Shown here: positions 10,173-19,097 of the stretch, in pieces
Numbering within the stretch: position 1 is the stretch's first letter
Layout of the letters: each line of letters begins with the position of its first letter
Assembly (NCBI GenBank): GCA_024275615.1
Contig: JAJRYU010000588.1
Coordinates: 1 to 39,693, forward strand
Direction: 5' to 3'
Length of the DNA: 39,693 bases
Origin: Planctomycetota bacterium
Lineage (GTDB): Bacteria; Planctomycetota; GCA-002687715; DRQF01
Position numbers and translations under genes: made by a program
Notes under the pieces: model-generated
Told to the model about the DNA's origin: nothing
What the model saw: only the letters and a program-made list of their open reading frames with translations
Database searches by the model: none

Positions 10173-11108
10173 ATGCCAGATGTGCCCATAGTCAAGACGA
10201 AGAACTTGGTGAAGAAATTCGGCAGCCAAGTCGCGGTCGATGGAATTTCACTAACTGTGAACCAGGGAGATGTTTACGGATTCCTTGGACTCAATGGTGC
10301 CGGTAAAACGACATCCCTGCGGCTACTTATGGGTCTTTTGCAGCCGGATTCTGGTTCCATAGAACTTTTCGGCCAAGAAAAACTTGGGGCGCGGAGGCGG
10401 GTCATGTCCAGAATCGGCGCCATGGTTGAAAGCCCATCCTTCTATGGAAACATGAGCGGGCGAACGAACCTTGAGTTGCTCGGCAGTTTGGGCGGTAGTA
10501 TACCCAAAGGTCGCGTGGACGAGATCTTGAAAACCGTCGGCCTCGAAGAAGCGGGAACCAAGAAAGCCAAACACTACAGCTTGGGGATGAAGCAGAGGCT
10601 CGCGATTGGACTGGCCTTGATGGGCGATCCCGAACTCATCGTGCTGGACGAACCGGCGAATGGACTAGATCCCAATGGTATTATCGAGATGCGTCACCTC
10701 ATTCGCCGACTCAACGAGGAAAATGGCACCACTTTCGTGGTCTCAAGTCACCTGCTCTACGAGATTGAATTGATGTGCAACCGCATCGTCATTCTGGAGA
10801 AAGGCCATCTTCTGTATCAGGGTCCGCCGGAGGAATTTGGACGCCAAGGACTCCCTCGTTTCCGGGTTAGAGGTAGAAACGACCCGGGAATCGTCGAAGC
10901 GTTGAAACAAATTGAAACCGTCAGTGGCGTTTCGATGTCAGATGAAGGGGGTGTCCTTTTCGAGTGTGAGCGAAGTGAATTGCCAAGAGTACATAGGACC
11001 CTGGCAGCACAAAGTCTGGACCTTTACACTCTGCAGGAAGAGCGCATGAGTTTGGAGGAGTTCTTCTTGGAGCAAGCCCACACTCGTAGCGCCGGGAGCC
11101 TGTCATGA
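10173..11108 (+). CDS. ABC transporter ATP-binding protein (ABC-2 exporter type)
   Basis: Walker A GLNGAGKTT, signature-like YSLGMKQRL, Walker B LIVLDEPANGLD, H-loop SSHLL. Start set at ATG 10173 (MPDVPIVKTKNLVKKFG); the 48-aa track extension from a TTG start is atypical. Confidence 0.9.
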   Translation: MPDVPIVKTKNLVKKFGSQVAVDGISLTVNQGDVYGFLGLNGAGKTTSLRLLMGLLQPDSGSIELFGQEKLGARRRVMSRIGAMVESPSFYGNMSGRTNLELLGSLGGSIPKGRVDEILKTVGLEEAGTKKAKHYSLGMKQRLAIGLALMGDPELIVLDEPANGLDPNGIIEMRHLIRRLNEENGTTFVVSSHLLYEIELMCNRIVILEKGHLLYQGPPEEFGRQGLPRFRVRGRNDPGIVEALKQIETVSGVSMSDEGGVLFECERSELPRVHRTLAAQSLDLYTLQEERMSLEEFFLEQAHTRSAGSLS

Positions 11109-11938
11109 AAGAACCCTCTCACTCACCAACGATGAATTGCTTGCGTTTCGAACTCAAGAAGCTTCTGGGTCGCAGGCTTCCTCTGATCATAGTCATCTGC
11201 GTCTCAGTCAGTATTTTCGGCAGTCTTTGGCTCGAACAGGAGTCGCTTGAGCCCGTCTCAGGATTCTCTCTTTTTGCCGCGCTCCTGGCACGAACAATGC
11301 CCTTGGCCAGTTTCCTGGTCATGATCATGGCTACCCTCTGTGTCAATGAAGAGATCGCTGCGGGGTCCTTGCGGGCCGTCCTGCTGCGACCGGTGTCGAA
11401 GATCAACGTTCTCACAGCCAAACTCCTCCTCAATATGGGGTTTGCATTTTTCTTGGCTGTCTTCACGCTTGGGGTATCCTGGGCTGCTGTTGAGGCAACC
11501 AGTGACTTTGTGGCGATCAAGATTGAATTCGCCGGATTGGAACCAACAGTCGTTTTTACTGTGAAGCAGATGCAACTCATTTGCTGGAAATTGGGATTGG
11601 CCATGATCGCACCCCTGCTGGCGTCAGCTGCGTTCGGCACCCTCATTTCCGTCCTCATCGAATCTGAAGGTACGGCAGTCGCAATTGGGACTTTTCTTTT
11701 TCTGGCTATGCAAGCCGTGGGTGAATTGGTCCAGGACTTGGCGGCCTTTTTGTTTCCAACATATCTCGAGCTGCCCATCGCCCTCCTATCGGAACTCGCT
11801 GGACAAGACCAAAGTCGCCAAGGAATGGTTGATGACTGGGGGCCTCTATCCTCCGGCTATGTCGCCCCATTTTTGATGTCTGTTCTCTTTGCAGTCCTTA
11901 GCCTCATCGCTTTCAACAAGAAAGAAATCGCATGCTGA
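11105..11938 (+). CDS. ABC-2 family transporter permease
   Basis: 277 aa with about 6 predicted TM helices. ATGA overlap with the ATPase gene at 11105-11108. Confidence 0.75.
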   Translation: MKEPSHSPTMNCLRFELKKLLGRRLPLIIVICVSVSIFGSLWLEQESLEPVSGFSLFAALLARTMPLASFLVMIMATLCVNEEIAAGSLRAVLLRPVSKINVLTAKLLLNMGFAFFLAVFTLGVSWAAVEATSDFVAIKIEFAGLEPTVVFTVKQMQLICWKLGLAMIAPLLASAAFGTLISVLIESEGTAVAIGTFLFLAMQAVGELVQDLAAFLFPTYLELPIALLSELAGQDQSRQGMVDDWGPLSSGYVAPFLMSVLFAVLSLIAFNKKEIAC

Positions 11939-13389
11939 GATTCCTCGCAGGTCTTCTTGCCGTCCTCCTCTTCCAACAACCGACAGTCGCCCAAGAAATA
12001 CGGCGGGCGGAATTTGGTGAGAATATCGAGGACTGGTTTATCTTTGATCTCGATGGCGATGGCGAACGTGAGATCCTGGCATTCTTCGCACTAACTGACG
12101 CCGGACGTCCCTTCGCAATGGCCACACGCAAGGGCGATTCTTATGTCATCGAAAAGGGCCTGCTCTCACCTCAGGTCGTGGCCATGGCCTTGGGCGATTT
12201 CGGCTTGTGCCAAGGTCGACAAATCGCCTTGATCCAAACAGACGTCGTGACCTTCCTGGGTCGCTCAGCAAATGGGGCTCTTGAACTTTTGGACTTGAGA
12301 ATTCCGTTTCGTTGCATCATCCGCAGTCCCCTGTCAGGGCCACCTGGTTTTTGGCATTGGCCAACAGACATCGATGCCGATGGGAATGACGACCTCTTTC
12401 TTCCCGGGGACGAAGGCTTGGTCATGTTCTATGGTTCAAAGGCCGGAAAATTCGCTCCGCCCCAAAGTTTGCCTTTTGCCGGGTCAAGGCAAATTGATGC
12501 TGACAGCACCGGACATCTGGATTTTGAACGTTCATACCCGCGCCCAGTCTTCCAAGATATCAATGGCGACAAACTCGTCGATCTATGTTGGTTTGATGAA
12601 TCTGGATTGGCATTTATTCCGCAACAGCCCGCCCGTTCATTTGACCAAGGCAAAAAGAAGACCTTCGACCTTGCTTGGTTATCCGGCGGTGATGCCGGCG
12701 GAGTTCTTGAGCAAACAGAAATCAAATTAGCCGATGTCAACCACGACGATCTGCCAGATTTATTCCTCAGCAAGATGACCACACCCGCAAGTGGCATTAC
12801 CGACATGCGCACGACATTGGCCATTCTTCTCAACCAAGGCGGTGGCAGGTTCGCCAAAAAGCCAGACTTTGCCCTGAGAGTCGGCGGTATCATTGGCAAC
12901 GGTCCGGAAATCACCGACCTTGACGGTGACGGCTTTCCTGACTTAGTTTTCGGCAGCTATGGGACATCCGTTTCTGATGCCATCCAAAGAGCGATGGGTA
13001 ACATCAAGGTCAAATTCAATGCCTACTTGGGGCGCAACAACAAGAAGACACCCTTCATCGCCCAACCAGATTTCTCGCAGAACTATCGCGTGCCCAAGTC
13101 CGACTACGCCAAATGGAGTGTGCGAAACAACTTCATCCTAAGCGAGGATCTCAATGGTGATGGCACAACTGACTTGTTCACAATGGCACCAGGAAAAGGT
13201 GGGCACACAATCACCATTTTTGCCGGTCGCAAGGATTCAAGAAACAAACTGACCTTTGCTAAGGAACCTTTCCTAAGAACCAAGGAAGCCAAAATCCAGA
13301 ACATCACTTTCCGCACAATGACAACAGATAAACCAGTTTGCCTGGTCATCATCAAGAAGACATCCATGGTCACGGTCACTTTGGACTGA
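11932..13389 (+). CDS. secreted FG-GAP/VCBS repeat beta-propeller protein
   Basis: Signal peptide MLRFLAGLLAVLLFQQPTVAQE. Six DxDxDG-type loops: DLDGDGERE, DIDADGNDD, DINGDKLVD, DVNHDDLPD, DLDGDGFPD, DLNGDGTTD. The ATG overlaps the permease stop by 7 nt (ATGCTGA). Confidence 0.75.
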   Translation: MLRFLAGLLAVLLFQQPTVAQEIRRAEFGENIEDWFIFDLDGDGEREILAFFALTDAGRPFAMATRKGDSYVIEKGLLSPQVVAMALGDFGLCQGRQIALIQTDVVTFLGRSANGALELLDLRIPFRCIIRSPLSGPPGFWHWPTDIDADGNDDLFLPGDEGLVMFYGSKAGKFAPPQSLPFAGSRQIDADSTGHLDFERSYPRPVFQDINGDKLVDLCWFDESGLAFIPQQPARSFDQGKKKTFDLAWLSGGDAGGVLEQTEIKLADVNHDDLPDLFLSKMTTPASGITDMRTTLAILLNQGGGRFAKKPDFALRVGGIIGNGPEITDLDGDGFPDLVFGSYGTSVSDAIQRAMGNIKVKFNAYLGRNNKKTPFIAQPDFSQNYRVPKSDYAKWSVRNNFILSEDLNGDGTTDLFTMAPGKGGHTITIFAGRKDSRNKLTFAKEPFLRTKEAKIQNITFRTMTTDKPVCLVIIKKTSMVTVTLD

Positions 13390-13428
13390 CACGAGGTCAG
13401 GGTGTCATGGACTTGGGGACTCCATCTC

Positions 13429-13456
13429 GAAACTTAATTCAAAATTCCTGATCACA
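13429..13456 (+). promoter_or_regulatory. candidate ECF-type promoter (GAAACTT-N16-TCACA)
   Basis: Resembles the sigmaE-like consensus GGAACTT-N16-TCAAA. It lies about 50 nt upstream of ATG 13507, the first gene of the unknown/ECF sigma/anti-sigma unit. Found by hand search only, and ECF consensus sequences vary widely. Confidence 0.25.
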
Positions 13457-13506
13457 CTTCGCAAATATTGACGTCTCGGTCCTTCAGAATCACACTGGAG
13501 CTCAAT

Positions 13507-14778
13507 ATGACACGGACCCTCGCTATACTCACAATCGCCCTTCTCTCAGCAACTCTCCAAGGCCAGGAAAAAAAAGAACTCTTCGAAATACACGAGTGGG
13601 GAACTTTCACCAGCATGCAAGGTGCAAACGGTTTGGGTTTGGAAGGCCTGCAGCACGAAGAGGAACGGCTCCCGGACTTTGTTTACTCACGCACCGAGGT
13701 GAGAGAATGTCCCTTGCGGAAGCAAGGCTACAAGGGCCTCGAAGTCCCCGTAACCCATGTCACTCAAAAAATGGAAACGCCGGTTATCTACTTTCACTCG
13801 CGTACAAAAAGGCAGGTGCGGCTGAGAGTAGATTTCAAAGAAGGCCTTCTCACACAGTGGTATCCGGTAACCGATCTCTTGGGCCCACCGGAATCCGCCT
13901 TCGGCAAAGGACCTCTTGACCTTTCCACAGTCAAGTCGTCCTTCCTTGAATGGGACATTGACGTTATTCCAGCCAACTCTCCACAGCCACCCCAACTCCC
14001 CCACGTCATGGCAGACGACATCTGGAGTTTGGCTCGCAAAGTTGATGCCTGCTACATCAAGACACGCCCCCGGATCGGCCCAAACCGACTTGGCCCCGTC
14101 GAGGCCGAGAGATTTCTCTTCTACCGCGGCCTTGGAACCTTCAAACTCCCATTCAGCATTTCGGCTCGAAAGGACGGATTCAGCGTATTCGAGAATCGGG
14201 GCGACTTCCCAGTCGATTTCGCAGTCGCTGTAGAAGTTCGTGGTGGCAACGGTCGCATGGTAATTTGCCGCGGCGTTGAGAAAGGCGGAGAATTCAAGAT
14301 TTCACTGGCCAAGCAAAAGATGGGAACGCTTGACCGTCTTGTGCCTGTCTTAGAAAAAGTGCTGATGGACGCAGTCATGAGCAGAGGAATGACAGTGAAA
14401 GAAGCGCGAGCTATGGTGAAGACCTGGGCCCGTTCTTGGTTCCGCACCGAGGGAAATCGTGTCCTCTATCTTGTTCCACGCCAGACAATTGACCAGATTC
14501 TCCCCCTGCAAATCAGCCCAAAACCCGACAAATTGGAACGTGTCTTAGTTGGGCGCCTCGAGTACATTACTTCCGCTCGTGAACAATTGGCAAGAACCGC
14601 TTTGCTCAACTACAACTCCGAGAGCCACCTCCTTAAGGAAGATGCACGCAAGTACCTCACAAGTTTGGACCGATTCCTTGAACCCCATGTAAGATTGGTC
14701 ATGGCCCACGCTAAGAACCACAGAACGATTCAAATGAATGGTGCCCAGATTCTTGCACTTCTCAAACAGAGGATCTGA
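13507..14778 (+). CDS. secreted conserved-looking hypothetical protein
   Basis: Start at ATG 13507, preceded by GGAG. Signal peptide MTRTLAILTIALLSATLQGQE. 423 aa with globular composition (HEWGTFTS, ETPVIYFHS, FLFYRGLG). No family recognised. Confidence 0.65.
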   Translation: MTRTLAILTIALLSATLQGQEKKELFEIHEWGTFTSMQGANGLGLEGLQHEEERLPDFVYSRTEVRECPLRKQGYKGLEVPVTHVTQKMETPVIYFHSRTKRQVRLRVDFKEGLLTQWYPVTDLLGPPESAFGKGPLDLSTVKSSFLEWDIDVIPANSPQPPQLPHVMADDIWSLARKVDACYIKTRPRIGPNRLGPVEAERFLFYRGLGTFKLPFSISARKDGFSVFENRGDFPVDFAVAVEVRGGNGRMVICRGVEKGGEFKISLAKQKMGTLDRLVPVLEKVLMDAVMSRGMTVKEARAMVKTWARSWFRTEGNRVLYLVPRQTIDQILPLQISPKPDKLERVLVGRLEYITSAREQLARTALLNYNSESHLLKEDARKYLTSLDRFLEPHVRLVMAHAKNHRTIQMNGAQILALLKQRI

Positions 14779-15346
14779 CCGTGAGGCTCGGGGCCTCACT
14801 AGGGCGCAGCACGCTTCAGAGGAAGACCAGGAACAGTCCATACTCAGAAGATGCAAGGCCGGAGACCAACGGGCCTGGGATCAACTGCATGGTCGTTTCG
14901 CCAGAATCGTTCATGGCATGATCCTGGCGGGCTGCAGTCCCGGCGACGATGCCGAAGCGCTCACTCAAGAAGTTTTCCTGAGAGTGTTTAGGCGCATTGG
15001 CGACGTGAATGACGCGCAAGCATTCCCCGCATGGCTGCGAAACATAACCAGCAACCTCCTGGTCGATCGCTTGCGAGCCAAGGCTCGGCACCCAAGAACG
15101 CTTGCCATCCATGACGATTTCCACATCAAGAAATGTCACCATGCAGAGATTACTGAACAGGTATTCGCGCGAATCCGAACTCTACCGCTCGCCTACCGCG
15201 AGCCCTTGATACTCCGCCTCATTGAAGGTCTGAAGGGCCCTGAAATCGCCCAGTTGACAGGAATGACCCATCAATCGGTACGGGTAAACCTGTCGCGCGG
15301 CATGGCACAGCTTCGTGCGCTTCTGAAGAAAGACGGATTACCATGA
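14738..15346 (+). CDS. ECF (sigma-70 group 4) RNA polymerase sigma factor
   Basis: Region 2: AEALTQEVFLRVFRRIGD...FPAWLRNITSNLLVDRLR. Region 4 HTH: YREPLILRLIEGLKGPEIAQLTGMTHQSVRVNLSRGMAQLR. ATG 14738 is the only ATG/GTG/TTG in frame before region 2, which gives a 41-nt overlap with the upstream CDS. Confidence 0.9.
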   Translation: MVPRFLHFSNRGSDREARGLTRAQHASEEDQEQSILRRCKAGDQRAWDQLHGRFARIVHGMILAGCSPGDDAEALTQEVFLRVFRRIGDVNDAQAFPAWLRNITSNLLVDRLRAKARHPRTLAIHDDFHIKKCHHAEITEQVFARIRTLPLAYREPLILRLIEGLKGPEIAQLTGMTHQSVRVNLSRGMAQLRALLKKDGLP

Positions 15347-16383
15347 ACGACAAAACCAAAGACAACTACTTGTGGAACAGAAGCGGAAGCCCTGATCCTG
15401 AGATCGAGAAGCTCGAAGAAATACTACGGCCGCTCAGGGACCAATCGAGCGGGCCGCTTGAGCCCTGGCCCGACGGCGAAGAAGCATCAAGTAGGCGCCC
15501 GCTTCACCGTCTCCGTACAGGCTTTCTGGTAACGGCCGCGACAGTCTTGATCGTTGCGCTGCTTGGTTGGAAGATCTTCGATGCAAATTCTAGGGATACG
15601 AATTCTTCCGAAAGCAAAGAGGCCAACTTAGAAGAGAGCAAGGAGACTGGAACAGGCCCCAAACTCATCGTTGATTCCTCTGACCGGCAACTCCATGTCG
15701 ACGAGTTCCTCGAAACAAGGGAAATTGAGTCGCTGAGCCTCGCCGAGATCGGAGAAATTTCGGTGGACGCTGGCAGCCGTATTCGTGTTGACAGGCTCAG
15801 CGAAGATCGCACTCGACTTTTTCTTGAAAGAGGAGCGATCGATGCAAACATTTATGTCAACGTCAAACCCAGATTCTTCGAAGTTGCGACTCAAGCAACC
15901 CTCTGCGTTGACCTGGGATGCATGTATCGACTCGAAGTCGGTGCATCCGGCCGCGCGAAAGTCCGCGTGTACACAGGACAAGTCGCATTTGTGGATGCTG
16001 ACAGGGAAATCTACGTTCCTGCGGGAGCCACTTGCACCGCCATTCCTGGGCGGGGAGCTGGCATCCCCCGTTTCGACGGATTACCAAGCAGGATCGTGTC
16101 AATGTTGGACCAATACGGTGAGTTGAAGGAATCCGAATCCAAGCAACGATTGAAACTAGCGAGAGCACTCATGGTAGATCTCGCCGGACTCACCTCCCAA
16201 CGCCACAGCCTGATAGTCTGGCATTTCCTAGAGGACAAAGATGAGGATATCGCCAAAGACGCGAGGCATTGGCTCGAAGGAAAGTTCATGAAACCTACGG
16301 GAATCTTGAAGAGCGACAGTCAGAAACTGGACGCCAATGACCGAGAAGCGTGGAAGAGCGCACTGGAAATCTACTGGCGATAG
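15343..16383 (+). CDS. anti-sigma factor, single-pass membrane protein with FecR-like periplasmic domain
   Basis: ATGA overlap with the sigma gene. TM helix FLVTAATVLIVALLGW near residue 60. FecR-like beta-rich segment: ISVDAGSRIRVDRLSEDRTRLFLERGAIDANI...VRVYTGQVAF. Confidence 0.75.
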   Translation: MNDKTKDNYLWNRSGSPDPEIEKLEEILRPLRDQSSGPLEPWPDGEEASSRRPLHRLRTGFLVTAATVLIVALLGWKIFDANSRDTNSSESKEANLEESKETGTGPKLIVDSSDRQLHVDEFLETREIESLSLAEIGEISVDAGSRIRVDRLSEDRTRLFLERGAIDANIYVNVKPRFFEVATQATLCVDLGCMYRLEVGASGRAKVRVYTGQVAFVDADREIYVPAGATCTAIPGRGAGIPRFDGLPSRIVSMLDQYGELKESESKQRLKLARALMVDLAGLTSQRHSLIVWHFLEDKDEDIAKDARHWLEGKFMKPTGILKSDSQKLDANDREAWKSALEIYWR

Positions 16384-16478
16384 CCAACCCAGTCGTCCCC
16401 CATTGCCCGCGATCCTGCAGCCACCAGGTCGAACTCCAAACACACACGTCCTAACCGCGATGTCCTGGACAAGGCGTG

Positions 16479-19082
16479 TCAGCGACCTCGATAATGATAG
16501 GGGTTGCCGAAATCCTTACGACCTCGCCACAAGAAGGCCCGCATGACGTTGATGAGTCGTTCTCGGTCCTTAGGATACTCGTCATAGAGATTGACCAGCT
16601 CTTGTGGATCGTTTTCTAGATCGAAAAGCAGAGCATAGTTTTCGCGGCGGTGATAGTGCAACTTAAAACGGCCATCCTCGATGAGAGAATAGGCATCTTC
16701 GAAGGCACAAAGAGAAGGAATGTAGCGTCGTTCGGTCTTTGTGGTCTTCCCCATCACCAAGGGCATCAAGCTAACGCCGTCATACTCATTGACGCCGCCG
16801 GGCTTAAAAAGACCCACGAGTGTAGGTGCCAGATCAATTGTGGCGACGGGGGCTTGCACGCGACGGGGAGCAACACCTGGAATCTTCATGATAAAGGGAA
16901 TACGAATCTGCTCTTCGTAGGGTAGAAAACCGGCCCATCGTCCATGTTCCCGCAACCCAGTGCCATGATCTGCTACCAAGATGATTATAGCGTCATCGTA
17001 GACACCCAGCTCTTTGAGCGTATTGAATGCCTGGTTGGTCAGAGCATCCACTTTGGCCGTCTCACCATCATAGAGATCTATGTTGCTGTCGCCAAAATCG
17101 ACGACAGGATCGGCGTTCTTCCATGGAAAGTGGGTGCCTGTCAGGTGCAGGAACGTAAGGCTTCCTTCTAAGGCTGACTTGCCGCCCTCATGAACAAGAT
17201 CGCGCCATGCGCGCATGACGTTCTCGGTCTTCTCCGGATCAGGGCGTTCCCTATCTAGTCCTTTCGGGTGTAAGGCCAAATGCCGAAACTCGCTGCCATC
17301 AGATTCTGCCGGCGGCCCTCCCCGCTTGAATGAATCGAGACTGACACCGTTGTAGTCTGTGCCTGTCGCGGTGATCAAGAAGCGCCGATAGCCGAATTGC
17401 CGCAGGGCATGAATGAAGAAGGGCTTGTGCGTCTTTGTCAGCATGTAGCGGGTAGAATAATGTCCGGTGAACAAGTGCCGTACACCGCATGTTGTTGCTG
17501 TGGCACCGCTATAAGCCCGTTCAAAAATCACCGACTCCTTGGCGAACTCATCGAGATGAGGTGTGGTGTTACGTTTGTAACCATAGGCACCGATGTGGTC
17601 CGGGCGAGCCGCATCCCACAAGACGACAACAATCGGTGGTCGCTTGCCTTTGATGGCGGCAGGGGTAAACAAGGGAAAATGATCTTCTCCCGGACCATGG
17701 GCGACAAACTTAACCGAAGCTGGCTCAGAGCCGCTACTGTCAGTCGGGCGAATGATTTCCCGTAAGCTCGATTTCTTGATCATGAAACCAAATCGCGAAT
17801 ACTCGTTGATCACCAGGGCAATATCGCCAGTGAGGGGACGAAAAGAACCGACAAAACCGAATGCGATAATGAGCGCGAAAACGGTGGTCAGCCTGCTACT
17901 GGCCTCAACTTGTCGAAGCCGCTTGCTGGTGAAAGCAAAAGCAATGATTGCCATGACAAAGACGTTTACCGCCGAAATTACGCTCAGGAGAATGAGCCGA
18001 CTGCGAAAATCCTCAAGCTCCGGATAGGCAAGGTAGAGAAGGACCACCTCCCAAACCAAGGCAACAACAAAGAAACAAGAAAAGAGGGCTGTGGGTTTCT
18101 TGCGCAGAGCCTCCCCTATTCGTCCAGGTATCGATGCCAAGGGCAATGCCAAAACTGAGAGAAACAAGATGGTCCAAGCCGTCGCACGGTTGCAGGGTTC
18201 ACCAGCAAAAGAAGCAAAACGAGTCGCCACCAAGTTTCTTGACAGCAAACGAATGAGAGAAGAAAAGAGCAGACTCAGGAGCACCAAGGTCGCCACTAGA
18301 CAGCCGGTTTTGACAATTTCATCACCAATGACTGCGAAAAGGCCGACGCCGCAAAAACCTGCGGCGACCAGGGCCGTTGAGATCCGTGCTCGAAATATCG
18401 CACGCCACGCATCTTCATTATCGTGCCTAAGCCCTCGATCAATGATCATCGGAATGACATAGAGCAAACCAGTCGTGGCGCCGAAAGTAATGGCGAGATC
18501 GAAAAGTCTGAGCCGATAGGCCCACAAGACATCCTTCGGAAACAACCAACCAGCAAATGAGGCTGTGTAGGTGAATGACTCCACCAATGCGATTGCCAGG
18601 GCCGCGCAGCCAGCAAGTACACTAAGAGCCGCCCACCACTTTACAATGTCTCGCCAGCGCAGAGCGCTTAGGGCTCCTTGAAACTGAAGCAAGGGCCGCA
18701 ATCGCTCCTTACTCAACCTTGAGTACTTCTGTCTTTCCCCGTTTTCGTCGATGAAGAAGACCAGGACGATTGCCAGAAAATGAGCGATCGGCGCGATGAT
18801 GCCGGCGATGACTGCCGCGGCCGCAAGCATCGCTTGAATGGCTCGCGCTCTTTCTTTTCTGCGCAGTGCTCCCCGGGCTTCGATGGCGAGATAGACAGCG
18901 GCGAGGGAACACAAGAGAGCAGCCCACCAACTGAGAGGCCCACTGACACTGTACAGAATTCCAGCCAACTGAAACTCATCCCCGGGTATAGCTCCCGTGG
19001 ATTGCACCTGGAGAATAATCCCAGTACACAATTGAACCAAAATGGCAACGGCAAAGACAAAACGTGCAGGAGTGCGATTCAT
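16479..19082 (-). CDS. polytopic membrane protein with C-terminal sulfatase-family (alkaline-phosphatase superfamily) domain, LtaS/EptA-like layout
   Basis: 867 aa. About 430 N-terminal residues carry roughly 11 hydrophobic helices. The sulfatase-type domain follows: VVVLWDAARPDHIGAYGYKRNTTPHLDEF, ILVADHG. No C-x-P-x-R formylglycine motif is present (TTCGVRH instead), which suggests a transferase-type Ser/Thr nucleophile. Confidence 0.8.
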   Translation of the reverse strand: MNRTPARFVFAVAILVQLCTGIILQVQSTGAIPGDEFQLAGILYSVSGPLSWWAALLCSLAAVYLAIEARGALRRKERARAIQAMLAAAAVIAGIIAPIAHFLAIVLVFFIDENGERQKYSRLSKERLRPLLQFQGALSALRWRDIVKWWAALSVLAGCAALAIALVESFTYTASFAGWLFPKDVLWAYRLRLFDLAITFGATTGLLYVIPMIIDRGLRHDNEDAWRAIFRARISTALVAAGFCGVGLFAVIGDEIVKTGCLVATLVLLSLLFSSLIRLLSRNLVATRFASFAGEPCNRATAWTILFLSVLALPLASIPGRIGEALRKKPTALFSCFFVVALVWEVVLLYLAYPELEDFRSRLILLSVISAVNVFVMAIIAFAFTSKRLRQVEASSRLTTVFALIIAFGFVGSFRPLTGDIALVINEYSRFGFMIKKSSLREIIRPTDSSGSEPASVKFVAHGPGEDHFPLFTPAAIKGKRPPIVVVLWDAARPDHIGAYGYKRNTTPHLDEFAKESVIFERAYSGATATTCGVRHLFTGHYSTRYMLTKTHKPFFIHALRQFGYRRFLITATGTDYNGVSLDSFKRGGPPAESDGSEFRHLALHPKGLDRERPDPEKTENVMRAWRDLVHEGGKSALEGSLTFLHLTGTHFPWKNADPVVDFGDSNIDLYDGETAKVDALTNQAFNTLKELGVYDDAIIILVADHGTGLREHGRWAGFLPYEEQIRIPFIMKIPGVAPRRVQAPVATIDLAPTLVGLFKPGGVNEYDGVSLMPLVMGKTTKTERRYIPSLCAFEDAYSLIEDGRFKLHYHRRENYALLFDLENDPQELVNLYDEYPKDRERLINVMRAFLWRGRKDFGNPYHYRGR

Positions 19083-19097
19083 GATGAACGAGTAGAT

